A DNA stretch of 64,000 bases from Lytechinus pictus (GCF_037042905.1 NC_087246.1:3348001-3412000), one strand, 5' to 3'. Numbered from the stretch's first letter, positions 12,719 to 24,953 are shown. The notes: generated by a model from the letters alone, not told the origin. Numbers and translations are program-made.

Positions 12719-14555
12719 AAACAAGTGGAGTGCCTTTAACCTTGGTCATGTGACCTGAAACTCACGAATGATGTTCAGTGACACTTGATTACTCTTATGT
12801 CCAAGTTTCATGAACCAAATCCATAAACTTTCAAAGTTATGATGGAAACCAACAAATACCCCCAACATGGCCAATTTCATTGACCCTAAATGACCTTTGA
12901 CCTTAATCATGGAATCTGAAACTCAGACAGGATGTTCAGTAATACTTGATCACCCTTATGTCCAAGTTTTATGAACTAGATCCATATATATTCTAAGTTA
13001 TGATGACATTTCAAAAACTTAACCTTCGGTTAAGATTTTATGTTGACGATGGTCTAAGTTCATTGACCCTAAATGACCTTTGACCTTAGTGCCCTCAAAC
13101 TCTGGCAACTCTGACATTTAAACAAGTGAAACGCCTCTGGCAGTCTCGCCTGCATTACACAATTTAATATAGCAGCAGTGCTAACTTTGAAAACTACTAT
13201 AAAATAATCATTCGCAAAAACATCATTCATATAATGACATAATACCACGTTCATTGACCATAAATGACATTTGAACGGAGACTTAAGACTGTCAACTACA
13301 CCCATGTCCACATTTCATTCACTCTATCCATAAACTTTCAAAGTTATGATGGCACTTCAACAATTACCCCAACATGGCCTAAGTTTATTGACCTTAACTG
13401 ACCTTTGACTTGGTTTTGTGACCTGAAACTCACAAGGGATGTTCAGTGATGCTTGATTACTCTTATATCCCAAGTTTTATGAACTAGATCCATAAACTTT
13501 CAGAGTTAGGATGGTAATTCAACAAATACCCCCAACACGGCCAAAGTTCATTGACCTTTAATGACCTTTGACCATGGTCATGTGACCTGAAACTCGTACA
13601 GGATGTTCAGTGATACTTGATTACTCTTAAGTCCAAGTTTTATGAACTAGATCCATAAACTTTCACAGTTAGGATGGTAATTTAACATATACCCCCAACA
13701 CGGCCAAAGTTCATTGACCTTAAATGACCATTGACCATGGTCATGTAACCCTGAAACTCGCACAGGATATTCAATGGTACTTGATTAACCTAATGTCCAA
13801 GTTTCATGAACTAAATCCATTAATTTTCAAAGTTATGATGGTAATTCAACAAATACCCCCAACTTGGCCAAAGTTCATTGACCCTAAATGACCTTTGACC
13901 TTGGTCATGTGACCTGAAACTCAGGCAGGATGTTCACTAATACTTGATTAACCTTATGTCCAAGTTTCATGGACTAGATCCATAAATTTTCAAAGTTATG
14001 ATAGTAATTCAACAAATACCCCCAACTTGACCAAAGTTCATTGACCCTAAATGACCTTTGACCTTGGTCACGTGACCTGAAACTCGAGCAGGATGTTCAC
14101 TAATACTTGATTAACCTTATGCCCAAGTTTCATGAACTAGGTCCATATACTTTCTAAGTTATGATGTCATTTCAAAAACTTAACCTTCGGTTAAGATTTT
14201 GAAAATAATTTTCCCAACATGGTCCAAGTTCATTGACCCTAAATGACCTTTGACCTTGGTCATGTGACCTGAAACTCAGGCAGGATGTTCAGTAATACTT
14301 GATTAACCTTATGTCCAAGTTTCATGAACTAGGTCTATATACTTTCTAAGTTATGATGTCATTTCAAAAACTCAACCTTAGGTTAAGATTTGATGTTGAC
14401 GCCGCCGCCGCCGTCGGAAAAGCGGCGCCTATAGTCTCGCTCTGCTATGCAGGCGAGACAAAAACGTCATCTTTGATTACGATTTGATGTTGACGACGCA
14501 GCAGTCGGAAAAGCCTATAGCCTAGTCTTGCTCTGCTTTGCAGTCGAGACAAAAA
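12719..14555 (-). mobile_element. Older Helentron-associated (HINE/DINE-like) element interrupted by a younger copy of the same family
   Basis: aacaagtggagtgcc terminus at 12719 and degenerate gcagtcgagacaaaaa terminus at ~14555; the unit sequence tgacattt|aaaac...gatttgatgttgacg is split by the 13121-14462 insertion. Confidence 0.7.
13121..14462 (-). mobile_element. Full-length Helentron-associated non-autonomous element with internal ~163-bp tandem repeats
   Basis: Subterminal inverted repeats gtctcgcctgcat / atgcaggcgagac, terminal hairpin gtctcgc...gcgagac, (gcc)n microsatellite, about six 163-164 bp units, inserted in an A/T run without TSD; reverse complement of 50972-51926. Confidence 0.85.
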
Positions 14556-15519
14556 TCAAACTCCTGAAAGTTGCATAGGTTTAACCTTAAGTAGAACATT
14601 GCATACTAATCATAAAGAAATAATTAATGTTCGTTGAACTGTTACTTAGTCAAAGCCATTTAATTAGTCCTAATAGATTTGACTAATAATTTTTTTTGTC
14701 ATAAAAAATGAGGTAGGTTTACTATTAATATCTATAGCTAAAATATACGAACAAAAGGTTTACCCAAGATGCAAATGGCATGTACCATCTCCAGTCAAAA
14801 GACACATTTTAATGACACCCATTGATTAGAACACACATAAATTACCAAGTAAAACAATTGACATATTTTTGTTACTCAAAGAGTAGAGTGAATTTCTCTT
14901 CCCTTTCCCAAAGACATCAATATTTCCAGAATTAGATAAGGCACTATTAAGTAGAGAAATCTCTTGAATTCCCTTTCAGACAATTAAACCCTTCAACTCC
15001 TATCCAATGATATATGGTAACATTAATTACCCTCAACAGAGTTTCTTCCTATACAAAGCAAATTGGTATGGGGTACATTCCATTCATCAAAGAGATTTCA
15101 TTACTGTCATTAAAAAAATACAACTCCATGGTATTGAATTCCCAGACATGAATTACATTTAGCAATCATATAGGCCCAACTTTAAAGAACTAAAGCTGGT
15201 TCAACACAACCCTCTGTATAATTTACAAACAGCTTTGTGAAGCAAGTACTCATTTCCTTGAAGACTACAAAATCCTGTTTCTTACAACAAGAGGATCTTC
15301 AAGTACATGAATTACTACATAAGCATCATAATCATCAACAGATGGAGTTGTATAAGAGCACCATCACAACAGGAAGAACTAGATGTAATATCAACGGTTC
15401 CAAAGAGTCTCCAAGATACCTTCAGAACAGAAAGCACACACAGCTCTTGCACTGCGATCATTTCGACCCGATGAGGTTTCATTCCATTTCAAAGTTTTTT
15501 TTTCAGTTCTGTTCTTCTT

Positions 15520-15681
15520 CTATAAAACAACAACATCAATGACGTTTTCTTCGGACATGTCTAAGTCCTGAGGTGTAGCGGTTGGGGAGACGTCGTCACC
15601 ATCAAAGGAAAACTGGAGTTGATGAACAGGCTTTTCATGAACTTCTGCAAAGGCCTGGAACACCTCCTCAAAGGTTTCAAT
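15520..15681 (-). CDS. NFATC2IP: NFATC2IP-like coding exon 7 (last; SUMO-like domain 2)
   Basis: tag|IETFEEVFQAFAEVHEKPVHQLQFSFDGDDVSPTATPQDLDMSEENVIDVVVL*. Confidence 0.9.
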   Translation of the reverse strand: METFEEVFQAFAEVHEKPVHQLQFSFDGDDVSPTATPQDLDMSEENVIDVVVL

Positions 15682-18600
15682 CTATCACGGTAGAAGACAG
15701 AGTTGATATTGAATAAATGAAACTTATATTTTGCTTATTCCAAGTAATTTGCACACCCCATTGTGCTCTTCATTTGGTATAATTTAAATTTCTTCCAGGT
15801 CAATTAGACTTCTGTGATCTTTTGGGATTCCTTTTAGGAAGAGTTAAAAATTTAGTGCACATTAAAACAAATGACATCTCTCAGAGTTGCAAAGACATGA
15901 CATCCATATTAATCAATACATAAGGATTATTATACCATTTGATTTGAGTCACGACATCATAATGGAATTATCTTGAAATTGTCAGCATGGCAATATACAA
16001 TCTAGACTTGGAGTTTTTTGTATTGAATCAAACTGCAATTTACTCCTACATGTATGCACAAGGGTTTCCAATGAAACTTAATGTGCAAGTTGCCTTTAAA
16101 CCTCATTTATCATAATTACCAGACATAAATATCAGTGATAATTCTCAACTCACCTTGGCTAATTTTTTGGTGATGGTTTTGCAGTTTTTCTCCCTTGTTC
16201 TTAGTGTGACCCTGACATAATCCTCCTCGGTGAGTGTGGATGAAAACCATGGTAACGCTGGTGTCACTCCATCAACTATCACATAATCTGTAAAGTGACA
16301 AATGGAAAATTGAAGAACATCATTACGACCAACACTCTGGAGCCAGTGAAAATAATTTTGTATCACATTTTTGTTGTATCAGGATAGCAGAAATGATAAA
16401 ATGTAAACTATCTGAAATTTCTCATCCATTTTATCTATCAAAAACTTGTATGACAAAAGATTATTACCATAGGCCTGTCAACACATCACAGGTGATGTTA
16501 CACCCCAAGCCTAAAGTCCCGGGTGCAAACAATTAATGTACAAAATGTGAAAACAGAGAACTTATAATTGTGTGACATTCAGTATTCTTAACTTTTCTCC
16601 AAATACTGATATTCACATCTAGAACTTTAGTTGAGAATGGGATGCACTTGTTATTTGGAATTCATTACCCACTGACATAACCTCTAAATCATTTTACAAT
16701 CATTTTAAGCTTAAACATTTACATTGAGCATGAAAATCATCAATCTTTATTCCCCTCTCCTATTCTTTTTGTTGTTGTTGCTTTATTCGTTTTGTACACG
16801 TTGTACAGTAGTTGGGCATGTAAGGTTCAAAGTACAGCTACTTATTATGTTTACATTATTCTTTTGTTACATGTTTATATTCCTATCTTGTCAAATTTGT
16901 TGTTTGATCCTATTTTAAAAGGGAAACTTTCTTGACAAAACCCTTGTTTTTGTTTTTATTTTTATTTATTAATGAAATAAATGCTAACAGCTCTTCCGAT
17001 ATACATCCATCATGGACGTATATAGTTTTATGACATCCTGTTATGTGATGTACATAAAATTGCATGCATGTATTCATGTATCTTTTACAACTTTTTTTTT
17101 ATCATAGATTAATCTACAGTAAATGAATTTGATTTAATGTAGATTGTCAACATCTTCAACATTTCCCATAAGCGGTTGTCATCATATTATACACATTTTT
17201 TTCACAGCAAGTGCAAGTGATCTCCAAGCAGTGGAATGTGACGTGACTTTGTTTGTTCGAGATGGCAAGATGCTTTCTGCAGCAACAAACAGTACACGAA
17301 TGATCATCACCTCCTTTGAGGAAGACATCAGCAATTTGAACAGGAGAGTGAGGAATGCCCAAAGTTTAAAGCTAATGGATTTTTGTGGAGAGCTGAGCCA
17401 GAGAAAGTGACACAAAGTCTGAAACCTTCAGACAACAAATAGAGATAAGACACTCGGACAGATCCATGTAGCATGACACGGATGACACCATAAACAAATC
17501 TCCAATAGACTTTGAACATGACTAACAATAAGGCCAATGCCATGACCAGGAAAATGACATCTGAAGGTAGGACGCAATGACGCATACTATTTCTTGAGAA
17601 TGTAAATAAATATTTAGTTTACATGTGATTTGCATGAGAGTAAACAATGGTAAGAATAGCCAACCATAGTTATGGTTAATGGCTGATTATAAGTTTAATG
17701 TTAATGTGGTGCTTGTATTTGTTTTGAACCATAAATTAGGCTTCTGATTCTAGTTTCAATACAGGTTTGTGAAAATAATCCAAATGATGTATCTCAGCAT
17801 TCTTAAGATGTCAATATTGATACAGGTTTTCTTTCAAGTCTATAAGCTATGGCATGACTTGTTGCCTGAATATCACTTTTCAACAGATGGAGTGTTGTGA
17901 TTTGGTGGTTCTAAATTGTGCCTTTGAAACAGGGTCTTGAGTTCAAATTTCAGCAATGGCATGATTTCCTTCAGCAAGAAATTTATCCATATTGTGCTGC
18001 ACTCAACCCAGGTGAGGTGAATGGATACCCGGCAAGATTAATTATTTGAATGCACCAAGCGCCTTTAAACATGCAGCTGGAGCTAAAGCTGGGGTAATAT
18101 ATAGCGTAGAATTGATTATCCAACTAGATCATTATTAACACAAAACTTGAAATTACCCTATTTCATTAATTCATTCATCTTAAAAAGTTGTTCTGACCAA
18201 CTTCACAAGTTATAATTGCTTACCTAAAATATCTGCTACGTGTAGACTGACAGAATTGGGCGTGTCCTCCTGCAAGATATCCTCACCTTTCCGGGTTATC
18301 CTTACTCTTCTCCTTTCAACACCCTCAGACATGCCAAGCTCCGTGAATATTTTCTCAAATGTTTGATTCTATAAGAGAGAGAGAGAGAGGTCAGATGTAG
18401 GCCAGTTTGGATTCATCCACCTCTCCTGTTATTAAGACCTGTCTACACCACGTGTATCCCAAATTACATGTGCATGTTAGGTCACTTTTAAAGTTCAAAT
18501 GTATTCAGCGATTAAAGATGTTTCGGTTTTAAATATGAAAGAATCTTAGGGATTTTCCCCGGGTCGTAAAAAAAAACTTTTTTGAAAACACGACCCCCAA

Positions 18601-21600
18601 AACATTGCAAATTAATGCATTTTGAAGGTGATTCTGCAGAGCAAGAGTCACTTGAAATAGATTGAAAGTGATGGACATGTTACGATTCATGACATAATTA
18701 TGGGGGAAGTTCGGGAAATAACTGGGATCGATGACATAAAAATAGAAATAACTCAAAGAAGATGGAGATGCTTGGGACATGTACTGTGCATGAACAGTAC
18801 TAGACATACAAAGACATCACCACCCGACACCACAAGGGCAAAGAAAGAGGGGCAGACCAAAAGGGACATGAAGGAGAACTATCAAACAGGAAATGAAACC
18901 AATTAATCAAACCTGGAATGGGCTGGAAATACTTGCCAGCTCTAGAGGTCTCATTCACTGCTAAGTATTAAGAGGATTAAGTAAAGCAGTGATCACAGAC
19001 AATATTTTGTATTTACATTGTATACACTTCTTTGGTCAATCAGGGGAGCATTTCATGAAAGGACTTGTCGGACGTTTTATCCGACATGTCCTGTTTTATC
19101 GGACAGTTACTATAGCAACATTGCCTCTCAGCCAATCAAAATCAAGGAAAGTTGTCAGATGAAAAAGTTGATGAAACACTCCCCAGGATTGTATGGTGCA
19201 CTATTGCAAGTCTTGAAATAAGAAATATCTACATTGATGAAAATTCATTTGAATGCTCTCCTTCCGTAACCATGTTTAATATCATATTTTGATTTTTAAT
19301 AGTAGCTTAAGAAATCTTTTGAAAACATCATTAATAATAAGCAGCATCCTTACCATTGGATAATTTTCATAGCGAATCAATCCTTTCCGACTTCTCACTT
19401 TGACAGTAATGGTTTCTCTGGTTATCGGTGCGTCAAGATCAATCAACTCGGAAGGGCTTGCTATGACTGGAGATACGTTATCCATTGCTGCTAATGCTTT
19501 GGACATCTTGTAAGACCTCAACTTGTTATCAAGATTACTGCAAAAATAAAAAATAAATAACATCTTGATGAAAGTTCAATCACTGCACTGATTATACTTA
19601 TTCCAATGAAACTGAATTTAATAACTAGGTCATAAGGTATTTATTGATAAATTAAATAATCATTGAGAGTAATACTATTAACAATATTCCTGTAGAATTA
19701 TGAAATATTAAAAAAAGTATTTTGTTTAGGTTTTTACTAAACAATATTTTCCTTGAAATGATGTAATGATGTTATATTGACATCTTACAAAAGATGATAA
19801 ATATGCTCATTTAAAAAAAAAGAAATCCTAGTAAAGGTGAGTTAGTGTATAGTGGAAGTGCATCTAAATTTGATAAATTGACAGTCTTACTCCTTTGCCA
19901 CTTCTCCTTACAGAATGGATGTTAATTGGATAAATGAGATGAGAGTGCTATTCTTTGGATATTGCTTCATAAACAGGTGTGCCCTACAGAGATAAAATGG
20001 TCCTCAGTAAACCAAATCTGAGAGATTTTAAGGGTTTTCATCTCACTGATTCTAAAAGAAATTTTAGAAAATACGTATCTGAGATGAAATAGAACTCAGA
20101 ATACCACCCCTGAAAGCAATCATCCTCATCATCATCATATCATTACCATCATCACCATCATCATCATCATCATTATCACCATCATCATCATCCTCCTCAT
20201 CATCATCATATCATTATCATCACCATCTTGATCATGATGATGATGATGATCACCATCATCATCATCCTCATCATCATCATCATCATATCATCATGATCAT
20301 GATCACCATCATCATGATCACCATCATCTATGAACAAAGAGTAAAGATGCATTTTACTAAATATTTTCTTACTGCAATGTCTTTGCAGCTTGCTTGTTGT
20401 TTCTCCTAATCTCAGCCACCATCTTATCATCAAACTCTGGAGGCGGAGGAGGAGATGGTGAGTCATCATTCACTCCGTTACCATTGGAATTCCTTGTTGG
20501 GCTGCAGAATCAATAAGAGGAAATAAACATATTCAAAATGCTAAGTATGATAGGTAATCTGAACAATGTATGTGTATATTTGAGCTCTCTGCAAACAAAC
20601 CATGCATTTTCAAAGGAAACAGCTATTCTCCATCAATCATGCACCCAAGCTCACACCCCCTCCAAACTACATTTTGAAACTGTTAATCACTAGGGTTTCA
20701 AAACTAGCAAGAACATAATTTAATGGAAAAAAAAACTATTCGAGGAGCAAAAAAAAAAAATATATACTTTTACAACTTGTCAGTGATACTTGATTACCCC
20801 TATATCCACATTTTATACACTATATCTATAAACTTTGAAAGTTATGACAGCAATCTAATAATTACCTCTTAAATGGCCAAAGTTCAATGACCTTAAACGA
20901 CCTTTGACTTTGGTCATGTGACCTGAAACTCGCATGAGATGTTCAGTGATACTTAACTCTTATGTCCAAGTTTTATGAACTAGATCCATACACTTTCAGA
21001 GTTATGATGGTTATTCAACAAATACCCCCAACATGGCCAAAGTTCATTGACCTTAATTGACCTTGGTCATGTGACCTGAAACTCGCACAGGATGTTCAGT
21101 GATACTTGATTACTCTTTTATGTCCAAGTTTCATGAATCAGCTCCATAAACTTTCTAAGTTATGATGGTAATTCAACAGATACCCCCAACTTGGCCAAAG
21201 TTCATTCACACTAAATGACCTTTGACCTTGGTCATGTGACTTGATACTCAGGCAGGATTTACCTTATGCCCAAGTTTCATGAACTAGGTCCATATACTTT
21301 CCAAGATATGCTGTCATTTCAAAAACCTAACCTTCGGTTAAGATTTGGTGTTGACGCCGCCATCGGAAAAGTGGCGCCTATAGTCTCACTCTGGAAGGGG
21401 GTGGGGGAAGCGGTACACAAAGTCTATATAAGAGTCATGTTTCATATTTTAAAGGTGAATAACTTTGGTATACTGGGGGCTACAGACTTAATTTTGGTCT
21501 CATTTTTAAGCTTGAGGTTATTACAATAATAATCCAACATTATTCACAATTCATTTCAATTGATTAATTGCAATTAACAATAATCAATTAAGAAAACCCT

Positions 21601-24600
21601 AAAGTTTTTTACAGAAAATACACAAAAATTCTAGCAGAGGAACACATTATGATGTAATTTTTCTGTGAAATGGAGACGGATTGTCATGAAATTTGTGTGA
21701 TTTGAAAGCTGAGTATAAGCTCTATTAGGGTTGATAGTATAGCCTTATATGCACATCAATTTGTGACATTGCGCTCCATATAAAGAATAAAACAAGGATA
21801 ATTGAGGGGTGGGGGAAGCGGTACACACTGCATGCAACTCTATGGGATTGTGGTATTGTAAGTATTAAAAATGCATAACTTTGGTTTTCAGTGGGCTATA
21901 CCTTTGAGTTTGGTCTCATTTTACAGGTACATAAAGGTAAAACAAAATACCTCTATACACATCATAGAATAATAAATTACATGTTATTATGATTTGTTTG
22001 AAATTTCAAGTAAAAAAATATTTAAAAAATGAATTTTTGCTAATTTGGAATTTACATAAATTTGCATATCAAAATATGAAATTTTTTAAATGAATGAATC
22101 CCTTTAAGTTATATCATCTGAAAGGAAATTTCATGAGCAATCCAAATATGGTAAGTAATGAATGGTAGGGGCAAGGAAAAAAAATATGGACATTTGAATT
22201 GAATTATATTTGGATTTTGGGGTCCTAAAAAGTCAAAGACTTTTGCTCATAAGATGTGAGTTGTGAACCCTTCCATATTTTCAATGCCATTTTTTAATAC
22301 TTGTGAAATTTTCTTTCAGAAAAAGTACACTTTTGTGTGGAAACAGTAAATATTATTAAAGTTATGACCATTTTTACCCTGATAGGTGCACAGTCATTGG
22401 ATTTCAGGGACATACATGTAACACAAATGGGGCGAGTTCAAGACACAAGGCCATGTACCAAAGTTTGAGAGTTGACCATAAGTGACACTTGCATAACACA
22501 AGAGTTACAGAAATTTGGTGCATGTTTTAAAATGAACATATCTTTTTTTTTATAATAAGATAATAAACCTTACCTTGTCGTGACGTCAATGACCTTGTCA
22601 TCCTCATCATCATCATCACTGTCCTCATACTTATTCTGCTTCCTCTTTTGAGCGGTCTTTACCTTTGCTTTTCCTTTATTTCGTCCAGAGAGCTTTGCTT
22701 TGATATCTTCAATGTTTTCATCCTCGTCCTCATCTGCAAGACAAGAATCACAGAGTGCTTTTAAACCTGTTAGGGTTTGGCTGACAACATTTACCTTACC
22801 ACAAGACTCTCTAACTACACCATAAAATGAATATAACCCAATGCATCTTTGACCCAAGTTTGGCTGCTAACTGAGCATCTGATCCTAAGTTATTTGTCTT
22901 GCGACTATGACCTTAGAGGTATGTGATCTTTTACAGACACTACCATCAAATGAAGAAACTCCACTCCAGTGAAACTACTTGTAATATATTCTTGTAGGAA
23001 AACTTGAAGATCTATGACAGACATCAAACAGACACTGTTTGATTCCCTGGTTGTGCCTTCACTTTCGCTGGGGAAGCATATGGGGGAAAAAAATGAGAAA
23101 AAAATGCCAAACTCAATAGGAGCATTACAGGGTAGATATATATACAAAAATCACTTTCAATTTTTTTTTAAATGAAACATTTTTTTTAATTTACAGGTAT
23201 AACACGCTATGAAAGAGTTGCTCGTCTATGACGTCACAGAATCAAAACTTACAAAATTTATAACTCTGTTCTAAGACGGATTTCCATCAAACCTCCACCA
23301 AATATTTACTTTAATTTGTCTGCTTTTATTAAAATCAACTATTTGTCAGAGTGAACTTCCCCTGTAAATATACGTTCAATAAATTTATTCTTACACACTT
23401 TTTAAAATATTGTGGCGTAACCGAGCTCGGTCTGGGTAGCGTTCTGCCGTCTTGCAGTCTCCAGAACCCGGTCCACGCTTCTCTTCATTTTTATATCTCT
23501 TTTGGGGTGGATTCGCTCACAAAAGTCTATTGTGCAACATGGTACACTCTCTCACTCGTCTGAAATACACCAGATCACCCGCTCACTCACCCTAAATCAT
23601 GCAAATGAAGCAACTTGGGAGATATTCAGTATACAGTTCAACTTGATTTATTCGGAGCTTACATCTTACGACCGCACGCCACCGCAGCTCCCAGCGAACT
23701 GACGTACTTCTCCAATAATCGCAAAGCATATCACAACTAAAATATCACCCTCTACGATTAAACTATGAAATACATCTTAAAGGCATAATTCATTATGCTA
23801 CAATATCTATAAACCTTATAGAATCTAATTGAATTCATACATACAGGACAGTACCTCGCAAATGACAACCCCCCCCCCAAAAAAAAAGCTTTAATTCTCA
23901 ATCATTTCTTATCAAACTTCTGTCGACATGTTTTTCTCATTTTCTGCTTTTATAACTTGATTTAAATTTAGAACCATTTTTTTAAACATTCACACTGGAT
24001 TTTTCTTTAAAGGAGAATGAAACTCTAGGAGCAAGTTAGCTTTTGTGAAAGCAGAAAAATCAAAGAATAAGATCAACAAAAGTTTGAGTAAAATAGGACT
24101 AGCAATAAAAGAGTTATGAGCATTTGAATGTCGAGATCACTAATGCTATGGAGATCCTCCCATTGGCAATGCGACCAAGATCTGTGATGTCACACACGTA
24201 CAACTCTCCCATTTGGACACTGAAAATATACCCCAAAACATATCTTTTTGCTCATTCTAATCATATGACAAACGATTCATCAATGATATAATGTTGTGAA
24301 ACCTCTGTACTTGTCATCTCATAAAGAGAACACCTCACCTTGTGATAGACTCTATAAAAGTGAGAATATAAGTGAAATAAGTACTAAAGTAATGAGGGAG
24401 TTGTACGTGTGTGATATCACAGATCTTGGTCGCATTGCCGATGGGAGGATCTACATGGCACTAGTGATCTCAATATTCAAATGCTCATAACTTTCTTATT
24501 ATTAATTCAATCTTCCTCAAACTTTCAACAATATGTTTCTTTGATTTTTCTCTTTCATATGGATTCACCTGGTTTCAAGGGTTTCATTCTCCTTTAAAGA

Positions 24601-24736
24601 ATAAGACGTTACCGGTCTCTAAATCCTGTAGATTTGGTCGGAGAGCCTTCATCTTGCCATCCTCACCAAATGCAGTAAACAGGTTGAATGACTTTAACTG
24701 ATCCAAATGGACACATCTTGTACGCTTCTGGGCCAT
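15520..24736 (-). CDS. NFATC2IP: NFATC2-interacting protein-like (NIP45; Rad60/Esc2 family, two SUMO-like domains), 7 coding exons, about 345 aa
   Basis: complement(join(15520-15681,16154-16287,18224-18368,19354-19537,20373-20501,22574-22733,24613-24736)) = 1038 nt, all GT-AG, phases consistent. Acidic/Pro-rich N-terminus, SLD1 ending DTPNSVSLHVADILD, SLD2 ending FSFDGDDVSPTATPQDLDMSEENVIDVVVL* with no di-glycine, as expected for this family. Confidence 0.85.
16154..16287 (-). CDS. NFATC2IP: NFATC2IP-like coding exon 6
   Basis: cag|(D)YVIVDGVTPALPWFSSTLTEEDYVRVTLRTREKNCKTITKKLAK|gtgag. Confidence 0.88.
17889..18135 (+). mobile_element. Degenerate tRNA-derived SINE
   Basis: Decayed A/B boxes (gagttcaaattt) followed by body tgctgcactcaacccaggtgaggtgaatggatacccggca and an attatt tail. 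Confidence 0.65.
18224..18368 (-). CDS. NFATC2IP: NFATC2IP-like coding exon 5 (SUMO-like domain 1)
   Basis: tag|NQTFEKIFTELGMSEGVERRRVRITRKGEDILQEDTPNSVSLHVADIL(D)|gtaag; (CT)n polypyrimidine tract. Confidence 0.88.
18690..18985 (+). mobile_element. 3' fragment of an RTE-clade non-LTR retrotransposon
   Basis: EVREITGIDDIKIEITQRRWRCLGHVLCM, then after a frameshift QRKRGRPKGT*RRTIKQEMKPINQTWNGL: the typical post-RT C-terminus (RRWRWLGHVLR...KRGRPK.TWRR); ends gaggattaagtaa. Confidence 0.8.
19044..19183. mobile_element. Short PIF/Harbinger-like MITE
   Basis: cag|gggagcatttcatgaa ... tgatgaaacactccc|cag: 3-bp CAG duplication, GGG termini. Confidence 0.7.
19354..19537 (-). CDS. NFATC2IP: NFATC2IP-like coding exon 4
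   Basis: cag|NLDNKLRSYKMSKALAAMDNVSPVIASPSELIDLDAPITRETITVKVRSRKGLIRYENYPM|gtaag. Confidence 0.88.
20119..20328. repeat. (CAT)n microsatellite
   Basis: Long catcatcat/caccat array in an intron. Confidence 0.9.
20373..20501 (-). CDS. NFATC2IP: NFATC2IP-like coding exon 3
   Basis: cag|PTRNSNGNGVNDDSPSPPPPPEFDDKMVAEIRRNNKQAAKTL(H)|gtaag; phase 2 at both ends matches neighbours. Confidence 0.85.
20775..21393 (-). mobile_element. Partial Helentron-associated element (~163-bp repeat family)
   Basis: About three repeat units plus gacgccgccatcggaaaagtggcgcctatagtctcactctg terminus. Confidence 0.8.
22574..22733 (-). CDS. NFATC2IP: NFATC2IP-like coding exon 2
   Basis: cag|(D)EDEDENIEDIKAKLSGRNKGKAKVKTAQKRKQNKYEDSDDDDEDDKVIDVTT(S)|gtaag. 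Confidence 0.85.
23411..23802. mobile_element. Solo LTR (392 bp, Gypsy-like)
   Basis: TG...CA ends with imperfect inverted termini TGTGGCGTAA / TTATGCTACA, flanked by 4-bp TSD ATAT (23407-23410, 23803-23806). Confidence 0.75.
24011..24593. mobile_element. Kolobok-like MITE with long TIRs
   Basis: TTAA|AGGAGAATGAAAC ... GTTTCATTCTCCT|TTAA; imperfect TIRs of about 200 bp; TTAA TSD with AG termini. Confidence 0.85.
24613..24736 (-). CDS. NFATC2IP: NFATC2IP-like coding exon 1
   Basis: AAAATGG start, MAQKRTRCVHLDQLKSFNLFTAFGEDGKMKALRPNLQDLET|gtaac. An in-frame TAA lies two codons upstream, and the acceptor ctcttccag at 24752 implies an upstream non-coding exon. Confidence 0.75.
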
Positions 24737-24953
24737 TTTTTAAAATTGATTCTGGAAGAGAATGGAGAACAAAGATATATTTGGTGTTCTGTTAATGTTT
24801 ACCTCTCACAAAACCTCCGCCTCTTTCTGTATGATGATGATGACGAAAACTATGTTTCTGATCTTTATCAATGCCCACAGATGAATTCTTCATGAAACAA
24901 ATGGAGCATCCGTAGCCCTAGCAGTCTAACCTAACTCTAGCCATGCTAGCATG

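Noticed and set aside
13300-14400. Regularly spaced repeats that could be mistaken for a CRISPR array
   Set aside because: Whole 163-bp units repeat with no unique spacers; eukaryotic context with no cas genes.
15520-15681. Stand-alone SUMO gene
   Set aside because: No C-terminal di-glycine, and the exon splices in frame to upstream exons encoding a second SUMO-like domain.
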